This document shows, in pieces, positions 37,941-51,038 of a DNA stretch of 64,000 bases; position 1 is the stretch's first letter; each line of letters starts with the position of its first letter. Below the pieces are notes generated by a model. The model did no database searches and had not been told where the DNA came from. It saw only the letters and a program-made list of their open reading frames with translations. Source of the stretch: Felis catus (Eukaryota); assembly GCF_018350175.1 (NCBI RefSeq), contig NC_058368.1:212476001-212540000 (forward strand). Reading direction: 5' to 3'. Position numbers and translations under genes: made by a program.

Positions 37941-40900
37941 ATGACTCTAAACCCGTATCTTTCTATAATAACACTGAATGTAAATGGACTAAATGCCCAA
38001 ACCAAAAGACATAGGGTATCAGAATGGATAAAAAAAACAAGACCCATCTATTTGCTGTCTACAAGAGACTCATTTTAGACCTGAGGACACCTTTAGATTG
38101 AGAGTGAGGGGATGGAGAACTATTTATCATGCTACTGGAAGTCAAAAGAAAGATGGAGTAGCCATACTTATATCAGACAAACTAGACTTTAAATTAAAGG
38201 CTGTAACAAGAGATGAAGAAGGACATCATATAATAGTTACAGGGTCTATCCATCAGGAAGAGCTAACAATTATAAATGTCTATACGCCAAATACCGGAGC
38301 CCCCAAATATATAAAACAATTACTCATAAACATAAGCAACCTTATTGATAAGAATGTGGTAATTGCAGGGGACTTTAACACCCCACTTACAGAAATGGAT
38401 AGATCATCTAGACACACGGTCAATAAAGAAACAAGGGCCCTGAATGAGACATTGGATCAGATGGACTTGACAGATATATTTAGAACTCTGCATCCCAAAG
38501 CAACAGAATATACTTTCTTCTCGAGTGCACATGGAACATTCTCCAAGATAGATCATATACTGGGTCACAAAACAGCCCTTCATAAGTTTACAAGAATTGA
38601 AATTATACCATGCATACTTTCAGACCACAGTGCTATGAAGCTTGAAATCAACCACAGGAAAAAGTCTGGAAAACCTCCAAAGGCATGGAGGTTAAAGAAT
38701 ACCCTATTAATGAATGAGTGGGTCAACCAGGCAATTAGAGAAGAAATTAAAAAATATATGGAAACAAACGAAAATGAAAATACAACAATCCAAACGCTTT
38801 GGGACACAGCGAAGGCAGTCCTGAGAGGAAAATACATTTCAATCCAGGCCTATCTCAAGAAACAAGAAAAATCCCAAATACAAAATCTAACAGCACACCT
38901 AAAGGAAATAGAAGCAGAACAGCAAAGGCAGCCTAAACCCAGCAGAAGAAGAGAAATAATAAAGATCAGAGCAGAAATAAACAATATAGAATCTAAAAAA
39001 ACTGTAGAGCAGATCAACGAAACCAAGAGTTGGTTTTTTGAAAAAATAAACAAAATTGACAAACCTCTAGCCAGGCTTCTCAAAAAGAAAAGGGAGATGA
39101 TCCAAAGAGATAAATTCATGAATGAAAATGGAATTATTACAACCAATCCCTCAGAGATACAAACAATTATCAGGGAATACTATGAAAAATTATATGCCAA
39201 CAAATTGGACAACCTGGAAGAAATGGACAAATTCCTGAACACCCACACTCTTCCAAAACTGAATCAGGAGGAAATAGAAAGCTTGAACAGACCCATAACC
39301 AGCGAAGAAATTGAATCGGTTATCAAAAATCTCCCAACAAATAAGAGTCCAGGACCAGATGGCTTCCCAGGGGAGTTCTACCAGACGTTTAAAGCAGAGA
39401 TAATACCTATCCTTCTCAAGCTATTCCAAGAAATAGAAAGGGAAGGAAAACTTCCAGACTCATTCTATGAAGCCAGTATTACTTTGATTCCTAAACCAGA
39501 CAGAGACCCAGTAAAAAAAGAGAACTACAGGCCAATATCCCTGATGAATAGGGATGCAAAAATTCTCAATAAGATACTAGCAAATCGAATTCAACAGCAT
39601 ATAAAAAGAATTATTCACCATGATCAAGTGGGATTCATTCCTGGGATGCAGGGCTGGTTGAACATTCGCAAATCAATCAACGTGATACATCACATTAACA
39701 AAAAAAAAGAGAAGAACCATATGATCCTGTCAATCGATGCAGAAAAGGCCTTTGACAAAATCCAGCACCCTTTCTTAATAAAAACCCTTGAGAAAGTCGG
39801 GATAGAAGGAACATACTTAAAGATCATAAAAGCCATTTATGAAAAGCCCACAGCTAACATCATCCTCAACGGGGAAAAACTGAGAGCTTTTTCCCTGAGA
39901 TCAGGAACGCGACAGGGATGCCCACTCTCACCGCTGTTGTTTAACATAGTGTTGGAAGTTCTAGCATCAGCAATCAGACAACAAAAGGAAATCAAAGGCA
40001 TCAAAATTGGCAAAGATGAAGTCAAGCTTTCGCTTTTTGCAGATGACATGATATTATACATGGAAAATCCAATAGACTCCACCAAAAGTCTGCTAGAACG
40101 ATACAGGAATTCAGCAAAGTTGCAGGATACAAAATCAATGTACAGAAATCAGTTGCATTCTTATACACTAACAATGAAGCAACAGAAAGACAAATAAAGA
40201 AACTGATCCCATTCACAATTGCACCAAGAAGCATAAAATACCTAGGAATAAATCTAACCAAAGATGTAAAGGATCTGTATGCTGAAAACTATGAAAGCTT
40301 ATGAAGGAAATTGAAGTAGATTTAAAGAAATGGAAAGACATTCCCTGCTCATGGATTGGAAAAATAAATATTGTCAAAATGTCAATACTACCCAAAGCTA
40401 TCTACACATTCAATGCAATCCCAATCAAAATTGCACCAGCATTCTTCTCGAAACTAGAACAAGCAATCCTACAATTCATATGGAACCACAAAAGGCCCCG
40501 AATAGCCAAAGGAATTTTGAAGAAGAAGACCAAAGCAGGAGGCATCACAATCCCAGACTTTAGCCTCTACTACAAAGCTGTCATCATCAAGACAGCATGG
40601 TATTGGCACAAAAACAGACACATAGACCAATGTAATAGAATAGAAACCCCAGAACTAGACCCACAAACGTATGGCCAACTCATCTTTGACAAAGCAGGAA
40701 AGAACATCCAATGGAAAAAAGACAGTCTCTTTAACAAATGGTGCTGGGAGAACTGGACAGCAACATGCAGAAGGTTGAAACTAGACCACTTTCTCACACC
40801 ATTCACAAAAATAAACTCCAAATGGATAAAGGACCTAAATGTGAGACAGGAAACCATCAAAACCTTAGAGGAGAAAGCAGGAAAAGACCTCTCTGACCTC

Positions 40901-41760
40901 AGCCGTAGCAATCTCTTACTCGACACATCCCCAAAGGCAAGGGAATTAAAAGCAAAATGAATTACTGGGACCTTATGAAGATAAAAAGCTTCTGCACAGC
41001 AAAGGAAACAACCAACAAAACTAAAAGGCAACCAACGGAATGGGAAAAGATATTCGCAAATGACATATCGGACAAAGGGCTAGTATCCAAAATCTATAAA
41101 GAGCTCACCAAACTCCACACCCGAAAAACAAATAACCCAGTGAAGAAATGGGCAGAAAACATGAATAGACACTTCTCTAAAGAAGACATCCGGATGGCCA
41201 ACAGGCACATGGAAAGATGTTCAGCGTCGCTCTTTATCAGGGAAATACAAATCAAAACCATACTCAGGTATCACCTCACGCCTCAGAGTGGCCAAAATGA
41301 ACAAATCAGGAGACTATAGATGCTGGAGAGGATGTGGAGAAACGGGAACCCTCTTGCACTGTTGGTGGGAATGCAAATTGGTGCAGCCGCTCTGGAAAGC
41401 AGTGTGGAGGTTCCTCAGAAAATTAAAAATAGACCTACCCTATGACCCAGCAATAGCACTGCTAGGAATTTATCCAAGGGATACAGGAGTACTGATGCAT
41501 AGGGCCACTTGTACCCCAATGTTCATAGCAGCACTCTCAACAATAGCCAAATTATGGAAAGAGCCTAAATGTCCATCAACTGATGAATGGATAAAGAAAT
41601 TGTGGTTTATATACACAATGGAATATTACGTGGCAATGAGAAAAAATGAAATATGGCCTTTTGTACAACGTGGATGGAACTGGAGTGTGTGATGCTAAGT
41701 GAAATAAGCCATACAGAGAAAGACAGATACCATATGGTTTCACTCTTATGTGGATCCTGA
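37941..41760 (+). pseudogene. ORF2: LINE-1 ORF2p (APE endonuclease, RT, Cys-rich C-terminus), broken by several small indels
   Basis: TLNVNGLN, GDFN, SDH (endonuclease); [16 protein letters not shown] (RT); [18 protein letters not shown]; 699-aa open stretch 38098-40197; stop TGA 41758-41760. Confidence 0.98.
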
Positions 41761-43734
41761 GAAACTTAACAGGAACCCATGGGGGAGGGGAAGGAAAAAA
41801 AAAAAAGAGGTTAGAGTGGGAGAGAGCCAAAGCATAAGAGACTGTTAAAAACTGAGAACAAACTGAGGGTTGATGGGGGTGTGTGAGGGAGGAGATGGTG
41901 GGTGATGTGTATTGAGGAGGGCACCTTTTGGGATGAGCACTGGGTGTTGTATGGAAACCAATTTGTCAATAAATTTCATATATAAAAAACAAAACAAAAC
42001 AAAACAAAAAGATCCATTCCACTGTATGAGATTATATAATATTTGCTTCTTGTATGTTTGGATTATTTTACTGAGCATAATGTCCTGTAGATTCATCATG
42101 TTGTCACAAGTTATAGACTATTTTCTAAGGCTGGATAATATTCTATTGTGTAAACATACCACATTTTCTTTATCCATTCGTCCATTGACTGACACTTAGA
42201 TTGTTCCTGTAACTTTGCTATTATAAATAATGCTACCATGAACATGGGGGGTGGTGCAGATACTTCTCCAAGACACTGATTTATTTCCTTTTTCTATTTC
42301 TTGTAGACAACCACCTCACAATATTATTGTGAGGAAAGATGACTGAATGATAGCAGAATATTGTTTTGGAAATATAACTAAATTCCTATGAATTATTCAG
42401 TAATGGAGGATAGGCATTACTGAGTCAGCAGTGGGTTATAAATTGGTTTATGTTTAATTGGTACTATTTAATGTGGGAAGAGTTTACTGTTTTGGTGGCA
42501 GGGAAAAGTAATCAACATGTACAATCTTAGTGTATGCACACACAGGTTGGGTATTACATGTGTGACGTACCGTAAGATGGTTAATTACTTATGTGTATAT
42601 TATAAAGACCATTTGCCAAATAGTTAAATGGTTTATGGATGGGCTAATATGAGTTAATCATTGAGAAGTTTGCAATTTCCAGACCAATATATTCCCAGTC
42701 TTACTACCTTTGAATAGTTTATGTTGTTGATCATTTACCAAAGTGTTTTAGTAGCTAGACAGATCCATTGTAGTAGTACCAAAGAAGAACTATTTATTTG
42801 TTGACTTGCTTATTTACTTATGGTGGGTTATCCAGGTAATTCAGAAAACACAATCAGAGGATTATAGACAATAATAGTGACTGGTCCATATTGTTCTCTA
42901 ATTTTAGGCCCATAAATAGCAGTGTTCTTTTTCATGCTTTCTGTAGCTTACATGATGGCCAGTGAGCCAGTTCTTTTCCTTTTTAAATTTTCAAACCTAT
43001 TTATTTATCCCAACATGGTCTGTGGTCTCTCTGCCATTAATTTGTGTTAAGGTGAAAAGTTTAGGTCCATGATGCCTTTTAAAAAGCATCCAAGTGATTT
43101 GGCTACGAGTACAGCAAGAGTGCTAAAGAAGAATTTCTTAATTTGTGAAAATGAAGATTTTCATTGGCTGGAAGTGAGAGAGCACTCAAAAGGAAATGTA
43201 TGAGAGATCAGATTATAAAGCTCAGCAGGACTTTAGACATGGGTGGAGGCCTTTTGCAAAGGACATTATAAAGGACGGTGTAAACATTGCTACAGCTGGG
43301 AAGAAGTCACCACCAATTGTACAAATGGAGGCTACACTGATATGATCAGTACATCATGGGACTTTACAATATCTGAATAGAATGAAATAACAGCCAGGGT
43401 AAATAAATAAGGAAGGAAGAAATGCATCTCCATAGGGACTAAAAATGAAACATGCTCAAACATACATATAAATACAAATACAAATTTATACATACATAGT
43501 TACTGTTTGTTTTTATTAAAATGAATACACACTATGTGCATTGCTCTGTAACTTGTTTTCCTCACTTAATAGCCCCACACTCTTTAGGGCTGTGTTGCTA
43601 CTCACAGAGGACAGCAGCGTCTCCTCAGGTCTGACTGTCTCAGTTTCAGCTACTTTCATACAATCCAAATGTGGTAGGCAGAATACTGGCCCCTAAAATT
43701 TGTTTACATCATAATCTCTGGCACCTGTGAAAAA

Positions 43735-44115
43735 GATACTCCATGTCCAATAACAGTGACTTCTTATTTCTCTACAATTCTCTCTGTCTTTGGAAACCAG
43801 TAACCTACTTTCTGTCTGTATGGAATTGCTTATACTGGACTTACATATAAGTGAAATGTCTTATGGAATGTCTTTTTTGACTGTTTTTTTTTTCGTGTAG
43901 CATAATGTTTTCAACATTTATCCACATTGTAGCATGTATCAGTACTTCATTCCTTTTTATGGCTAAATAATATTCATTGCTTGGTTATACCATATTTTAT
44001 TTATCCATTTATCAGTTGATAGAGATTTAAATTGTTTCCACTTCATAGCTATAATGACTAATGCTGTTATGAACATTCATGAACAATTTTTTTAAAAAAA
44101 TTTTTAATGTTTATT

Positions 44116-44167
<52 letters not shown>

Positions 44168-44490
44168 ATAGTAAGAGACAGCTCAAGAGGGGAAGGGCCA
44201 GAGAGAAAGACATACACAGAATCTGAAGCAGGCTCCAGGCTCTGAGCTGTCAGCACAGAGCCCGATGCGGGGCTCAAACTCACAAACTGCAAGATCATGA
44301 CCTGAGCCAAAGTCGGATGCTCAACCAACTGAGCCACCCAGGCGCCCCTCATGAAGAAGTTTTTCTGTGACAGTTATTTCTCCAGGTTTAACCTAAGTAG
44401 ACAATTGCTGAGTCATATCATACTCATGTTTATGCCAAACTGTTTTCCAAAGACCCTGCACCATTCACATTACCACCAGCAAAGTATGAA
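43735..44490 (-). mobile_element. Ancient L1 3' region (L1MB/ME-like), interrupted by a Can-SINE
   Basis: ctactttctgtctgtatgga...agcataatgttttcaa...gtagcatgtatcagtacttcattcctttttatggct...gccaaactgttttccaaag. Confidence 0.85.
44091..44348 (-). mobile_element. Can-SINE with expanded (GA)n
   Basis: Ends gagccacccaggcgcccc; decayed TSD TCATGAA(C/G)AA(T/G)TTT at 44077 and 44349. Confidence 0.95.
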
Positions 44491-45607
44491 TTAACTAGAC
44501 ATTTCCTCAGTCTGAGGACTCCTTTCTGAGAAATGATGATAACATCTTGAACTGAAATGAGGAGTAACATAAAGCATTTAACGGAGATTCCATTTAGGGA
44601 AATGTATCACTGACAGTAAATACATTTTGAAGCCTGATTTTATTACATGCTTAGTATAGATGAAAGACTATGGAATAATGATGCAGTTGTTCCTCAAAAC
44701 TGCTATGTCTGTTTCTACACAGATCATAGAAAAGTAGCATGTAGACAAAATATTTCATTTTAGTTAGTGTTTAAAGGCAGCTTGACATTTTTTCCAAGTT
44801 TAACACGAGTTTTTTAATATTAGATAACTCTTCCCCTAGTCATAAACATAAGTTCTCACCTTCTTCTAGTTGATTTTGTAGAACAGCCAAACGATCTTTA
44901 ATTTGCCCAATAGTGACTCTACCACATGCACCTCATTCATGGGATTTTATGAATATTCTAAACTTATTAAAATGTTTTTGCATGAACTTACATATTTCAT
45001 ATACTGTTTCTGATGTGAGAAATCTCAAATTCTTGCCACAAAAATCAAATATTATTTTTTATATTATTTTTCTAGAAGTACTTTTGTAACTGTTTATTGC
45101 ATATGGTAATAATATAGCTCATTAATTATATGTTATGGACGTTCATGGAAAGAATGATACTGTGTTGAGTTCTATTTGCTCACTCAGAGATTTGTGTGAA
45201 TGTTAAATTTTGCTACTTTTTAAACTGTAGCTAGGAAAATGAGTGCTGTTTTGCAAACAAATTTGTAAGGTTGGAACTGTTGATATTTTGATGCACACTG
45301 GTCAAGCAGAATAGTGTTGAAATTTGATTGCCTTATGACTATGCAAACATGACATAAACACAAACACAAAAATTAAGTAATTGACTTTTTTCATAAAATT
45401 CAATAAAATGAGTCAATATGGATAGAGATTTATTAGGACTATGAAGTCCTTAGACCAGTTTTAGCATTGTTCAATCTCATTGTGCTCTGGTTATGTCATG
45501 TATATATAAATTCAGTGTGAACTTAAATCTACCTAGAAAAATGTATCCAGAAACATAGTCACTAATGAACTAAGCTATTCCATTGTACTGAAGGTGTAGT
45601 TTTATTT

Positions 45608-46403
45608 TCAGATTTCACTAAATCTAAGATTCTTTCTAGTGGAAGATATACCTTATAGAAGACCAAGAGAGAAAAATATGCTAACTAAACTATGATATAA
45701 TGCTTTATTAATGCTTAGAATTTTAATTTTATGTATAATAAAAGAGCTATTTTAGGCTCATTCATATATATTTTAAAAATTATTTTGGGGGGCACCTGGG
45801 TGGCTGTTGGTTAAGCATCTGACTCTTGGTTTTGCCTTTGGTCATGATCTTACAGTTTGTGGGTTCTAGCCCTGTGTTAGACTCCATGCTGACAGTGCAG
45901 CACCTGCTTGAGATTCTCTCTCTCCCTCTCTCTCTCTCTCTGCTCCTCTGCTCACATGTGCTCTCTCTCTCTCTCTTAAAATAAATAAACTTAAAAAATT
46001 ACTCTCTTGAACATTCATGTAAAAAGAAAATGTAAACAAAGTACGTTTATTATACTCCTCAAATATCTTTGCATTCAAAGTTCAATTCCTCTGAATCACT
46101 TAAAATTCAGAGTTGTCACACATATCATTTTTTGTGTCATCGATAATATGGGTATTATTGCCTTTCTTCAAACAGTGTTCTAGCATCCTCTCCGGTATTT
46201 TCTTCCTAATTGTGGACCCTCAATATGCCAGTTTTGAAGTTGGCACATTCTTGTCTTGCAGATTTCAGTAAAAGGTGTATACTTAGACAACAAACAGCCC
46301 CTATCTGGCAGAGCTTATAAGATGCCACCTGTAAGAACAGATCTTGATTTCTGAAATGTTAAAATATGGGAAAAGGTGTGTTTTAAAATCAATGAAGTAT
46401 TGT
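45608..46403. mobile_element. TcMar-Tc2 (Kanga/MER104/HSTC2-like) DNA transposon fossil, interrupted by a SINE
   Basis: Left atttcactaaatctaagat and right ttgatttctgaaatgttaaaatatgggaaaaggtgtgttttaaaatcaatgaagtattg are degenerate inverted ends resembling Tc2-family termini. Confidence 0.55.
45787..45993 (+). mobile_element. Can-SINE
   Basis: GGGGCACCTGGGTGGCT...(CT)n...AATAAATAAAC; TSD remnant AAAAATTA on both sides. Confidence 0.93.
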
Positions 46404-46436
46404 ATTAATATTACTAAGTTTCATTATAATTGCAAT

Positions 46437-46483
46437 TATTTATTTTTTAGTAGTTAGTACATTTTATTTATTTATTTATTTGT

Positions 46484-46518
<35 letters not shown>

Positions 46519-46731
46519 GAGAGGATGAGTGAGCGAGTGGCAGAGAGAGAGAGAGGGAGAGAGACGGGGCTCAAGCTCACCCATAATAGGGCTCATGCTC
46601 ATTCAGGGCTTGAGCTTATCTGAAGGGGGCTTGAGCTCACCCAATGCAGGGCTCAAAATTACAAACTGTGAAATCATGACCTGAGCCCAAGTTGGACACT
46701 CACTCAACTGACTGAGCCACCCAGGCACCCC
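46437..46731 (-). mobile_element. Can-SINE variant with tandemly reiterated B-box-region units and (TTTA)n tail
   Basis: Ends gagccacccaggcacccc; TSD TATAATTGCAAT at 46425-46436 and 46732-46743. Confidence 0.9.
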
Positions 46732-47301
46732 TATAATTGCAATAACTTAAAAATTGTGGCTTCACTGCATGCCACATTTGTTACCATACTATCTAGATCT
46801 CCTATGAGTAAGACCCTGCCATATAAACAAAGAAATGCCCATGCAAGAAGAAGCTTATTTGCAAAACAACCTGCATTTTAGAGTTTCATCTTGTGACTTA
46901 TTGAGGCTCATGGCACAGATCCTTACGGGGAACTGCTGACCTATAAAAGCAAAGCAGTGGGGGGGAGTTCCAGGGATTCAGAGACATTCAGGAATAAGTA
47001 AGAAATTTTCCTTTCTTGTGCTCCATTGAGGAATCTAATTATAGGGTTTTATGTTATTTTTAAATACCTAAATTCTGGATTTTGTCGCATTAGTAAAAAA
47101 TTTCAATGGTTCTGACATGATTTAACAATGGAATTGCATGTAATCTTAGGTTCACTGTTATATTTTACGTATTGACAAAAGAAATTTCCATATGTTCAAC
47201 AGATTTTGAATTTCTTCAGCATACCTAATTTGAAGCCATTATTTTCAAGTCATATCTTGCTTTGTCTATAACATTTTAGTGCTTAATGACATGTGTCTTT
47301 A

Positions 47302-47521
47302 TTTTTTTTATTTTTTTAATGTTTTTTTTATTCTTGAGAGAGAGAGAGAGTGCGTGAGCAGGGAAGGGACAGAGAGAGAGAGGAAAACACAGAATCTGAA
47401 GCAAGCTCCAAGCTCCGAGCTGTCAGCACAGAGCCCTACGTGGCGCTTGAACTCACAAACTGTGAGATCAGGACCTGAGCTGAAGTCAGACACTTAACCA
47501 ACTGAGCCACCAAGGTGCCTC
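47302..47521 (-). mobile_element. Can-SINE
   Basis: cagaatctgaagcaagctccaagctccgagctgtcagcacagag; TSD remnant TGTGTCTTTA on both sides. Confidence 0.93.
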
Positions 47522-48034
47522 AGTGGTGTGTGTCTTTAAATTGCCAAATGTACTGTGAGCTAAGCTTTGGCTTCAAGTGCTTCTGCAAAGGCAGTCATAG
47601 CATACTATACCTTGGTTATAGATGTTTTTAAAAATTACTGTATTTTTTTGATTACTCAAATATTTTTCACATTGGTTCTTAATCTTGTTTGCCCTTAAGA
47701 GAGTGTAGTTCTCTCAATGGGCCCCCAAGTGTTCTTCACAAAGGACAGCGTTATAGCTGGCTCCTAAAAGAGACTGCCTCTTTAGACTGATTTTCAAATA
47801 ATTATCTCCTTTAGAGAGATTTTTTAGACTCTTCATTCCTCTCTTCCCTTAATGTTTAGCTCTTACTCATATGAAGCTAAGTCTTGTGTATCCTTGGATG
47901 GCATTCACTTTGTGAGGGATTCAGATTTATAAAATTAAAGCAAAATTCAAACAATAGAATTTTCTGAGTGTAACATTAGCATCCTTAAAATGATGTGCCA
48001 CTCTGCTTTTTATGAAAGAAAAAAATGGCCAAAC

Positions 48035-48440
48035 TTAGTCAGTTTCATTAATTTGAGTCAGACTAATAGTCCAAAATCTCATTGACATATCACCAAAAAA
48101 TCTTATTTCTTGCTTATATAAATTCTTAGGGTTTGCCCGCTCTTTGTGCCATGGCTCATGGAAGCCAGGCTCCTTCCATCTTGTAGCTGTATTTCTCTCT
48201 CATTCCTCGGAATCCTGTTCATTCAGACCATGCATGGGAGAATAGAGAGTCTCACATGAGATAGGATTTTATAAGCAAAGCCTAGAGGTGTGTACATCTC
48301 TTTCATTCACATTCCAGTGATCTGAAGTCAGTCACATCATTACACCTCACTGCATTGGAGAGTGGAAAATGTATTTTAGTTGTGTGCCCTAGAAGAAGAG
48401 AACACTATGTGTAATGGTGAGCACCACCTAACAATACCCT
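48035..48440 (-). mobile_element. Old MaLR LTR (MLT1J/K-like)
   Basis: ccaggctccttccatcttgtagc...ttcacattccagtg...agtcacat...ctgca..ggagagtggaaaatgta. Confidence 0.6.
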
Positions 48441-48583
48441 AGTCATACCCTCCAAATGTGTTGAAAACATCCAAATAAAATATATTATTTATCATATATT
48501 AATAAATATGAACATAGATTCAATATCTGAGTGGAAATTAATTAGATTGATAATCCTTTTCTCAATTAAAAATAAAGGTCAAC

Positions 48584-48806
48584 GGGGGCGCCTGGGTGGC
48601 GCAGTCGGTTGAGCGTCCGACTTCAGCCAGGTCACAATCTCGCGGTCCGTGAGTTCGAGCCCCGCCTCAGGCTCTGGGCTGATGGCTCAGAGCCTGGAGT
48701 CTGTTCCCGATTCTGTGTCTCCCTCTCTCTCTGCCCCTCCCCCGTTCATGCTCTGTCTCTCTCTGTCCCAAAAATAAATAATACGTTGAAAAAAAAAAAT
48801 TAAAAA
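48584..48806 (+). mobile_element. Young Can-SINE (SINEC_Fc1-like)
   Basis: GGGGCGCCTGGGTGGCGCAGTCGG, intact B box GTTCGAGCC, CpGs retained; perfect 16-bp TSD AAAAATAAAGGTCAAC at 48568-48583 and 48807-48822 at a TT/AAAA site. Confidence 0.98.
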
Positions 48807-49368
48807 AAAAATAAAGGTCAACATAAAATATCTTGAGAGGATTTCATGTAGTAAATGCATCACTAAGGCAATATGTGATTTTGTTTATTATGTAGATTCA
48901 TATTTAAAAACTTTTAAAAAGGGAAAACAATTTGAGAACAAATTTAAAAGAAACAACTCTAGGGAAAATGGTTTTTAAAAATCAGTTTTGTGTTATTTAA
49001 TACCTGATTACCTGGTTGGGGGATTCCAGAATACTTGATTTTCATCATATTTGCTATAATGCCTCCAATAGACATGTGTGGATTAAACATGCATCCCCTG
49101 GAAGAGAGAAGTGACAGAAATATCAAATATCTAATGTAGTTAAAAAAGTCTTACAAATGTTTTAAAATAGCAAAATACTTCTTATCAAATTTACTTTGCT
49201 CTCCCTGACATGACTAATTAAATATTGGCTATAGTTTTCAATACCCTGTTGTTAATGAACTGTGAATGAAAACCCATGGTAGGTATTGTCCCCAGTACTA
49301 CATCCTCATACATCAGGATAGACCTGATTTTCCCAATCATTAGTTCAAGGAAGCCCACCATAGGGTTC

Positions 49369-49462
49369 ACAGAGCCCACCATAGGGTTCAAACCACAAAC
49401 TGTGAGATCATGACATGATGCAAAGTTGGACGCTTAACCAACTGAGCCACCCAGGTGGCCCC
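49369..49462 (-). mobile_element. Can-SINE 5' half only (3' half missing)
   Basis: acagagccc...aaactgtgagatcatgac...gagccacccaggtggcccc with no GA tract or T tail. Confidence 0.88.
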
Positions 49463-49493
49463 AAACCACAGAGATTTTAAAACAGAGTGAACA

Positions 49494-49695
49494 GGGCACC
49501 TGGGTGGCTCAGTGGTTAAGCGTCCGACTTCAGCCCAGGTCATGATCTCACGTTTCATGGGTTTGAGCCCCGCGTCAGGCTCTGTGCTGATAGCTGAGAG
49601 CCTAGAGCCTGCTTCAGATTCTGTGTCTCCCTTTCTCTCTGCCCCTCCCCTGCTCATTCTCTGTCTCTCAAAAATAAATAAACGTTATTTTTTTT
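49494..49695 (+). mobile_element. Can-SINE
   Basis: GGGCACCTGGGTGGCTCAG...AATAAATAAACG; TSD TAAAACAGA(G/A)TGAACA at 49478-49493 and 49696-49711. Confidence 0.95.
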
Positions 49696-51038
49696 TAAAA
49701 CAGAATGAACAATGTGGAAATTACATAATTTGGAGACACCTGAGTAGACAATTATAACCAAAGTGGAAGCATTAGTAATTGAGAATGAATATTAAAAAGT
49801 TCGGAAAAAATAAAAATAAGACCAGATATTGGACCATTAGAATGCCTAGCTAAAGAGTATGGAGCGCAGACTATTCAGAAATTCTTAGAGGCTTTTGAGC
49901 AAAGACATGAGAATAAATAAAAATTATACCCCCAAATTACTAATGTGCACTTGATAGGAAGGGCTCAGAATTTCATTGTTTTTGATATAAGAGTCAAAAT
50001 GTAGCATTAGAGTCTAAAAAAAATTTAAACTAAATTTCTTTTATCTATTGCATTATTTTATACATAATATTTATGAGAAATAAAGTTGAAGGATAGACTA
50101 TATAAACGATAACTTTCCCATTTTATAGAAGTAAAACTTACACACACATATGCATGTGTATATATATGTATAGAGACAGATTAAAAGATTAAATGAGTTC
50201 TATATCACACATTTAAGTCATAAGAGCACACAATTCAGTTATAAAAGAGCGTTTTGCCTGAAACCCAGGTTTCTACATAATCGCCCAAATGTCTCTTTCT
50301 GGATTTAAATTATGTAGGCGTTGGATCGAGACTTAAAATTCATTATTACTCATGCTATTAGACCCAGAATCTTTAATGTTCTGTCCACCTGGCTCAGTGG
50401 GTAGTAAAACCTGGGAACAGAAAATTGAATAATTGTAACCACCATTCCTAACCACATGTGCCTAACCACATGAGAAACTTAGAAAGTTTCTCTGACCAAA
50501 AATAAACTCGCCAACTGTTTATTTAGAAGACAAAGTGTTAGTGTCTTTATGTTTCTCAACATTTTTGTGAGTAGCACAGTAAGAGAGCCCAAGGGCAAGA
50601 ACAGAATATCTTGTATCATGGAGAGAGAGTTCTAGCCTATGAAAATGTTCTGGAGAGGGAGGAGTTTCTCATCTTCCTGGACCCAAGAAATTAGGATTTC
50701 TTTAAAGGTAGGATGAGCCTTCTGTTCTCCCCAAGACTGATAGAGTACACTGGTTTTTGTGGCCAAGATGCTTGGGAACAAAGACACTTCCTCCGGGAGC
50801 ACAGACAGGGAACTGAAAACTTGCCATGTAGCAATATTTTGCTCTATCGGTGCCACTTAAACATACATTAATGGCTGGACCTGAGTCTTAAGGTTTATAG
50901 AGTCTTGAGGGAAGTATACAAAGAAAAATAGTAACATAAGTAAGGGACATAGCAGCCAGAAAGAAAGAAGAAAATCCAGAAAAGGCAACTTCTTTTTAAC
51001 AGGATTATAAGAGGAGATAACTCTATTTGAGTAATAGG

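Larger units (their letters stand above)
36069..42008 (+). mobile_element. Young full-length felid LINE-1 (L1_Fc-type)
   Basis: CpG-rich 5'UTR, ORF1, 50-nt spacer, ORF2, G-rich 3'UTR, AATAAA at 41968-41973, (AAAAC)n tail; TSD AAGATCCATT at 35974-35983 and 42009-42018. Confidence 0.99.
35880..42295 (-). mobile_element. Old L1 3' fragment (pieces ~35880-35983 and 42019-42295) that is the target of the young L1
   Basis: tttttagattccaca...| ...gagattatataatatttg...ttactgagcataatgtcc...tttatccattcgtccattga is continuous L1 3'-end reverse complement across the insertion. Confidence 0.75.

Noticed and set aside
38098..40197. 699-aa reverse transcriptase ORF as a novel RT system or domesticated gene
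   Set aside because: It is canonical LINE-1 ORF2 inside a complete L1 with 5'UTR, ORF1, tail and TSD.
42418..42430. Near-perfect T-MARE TACTGAGTCAGCA
   Set aside because: Single motif with no supporting context; cannot be separated from chance.
48584..48670. tRNA genes at SINE heads
   Set aside because: The A/B boxes belong to tRNA-derived Can-SINEs with CT tracts, A tails and TSDs.
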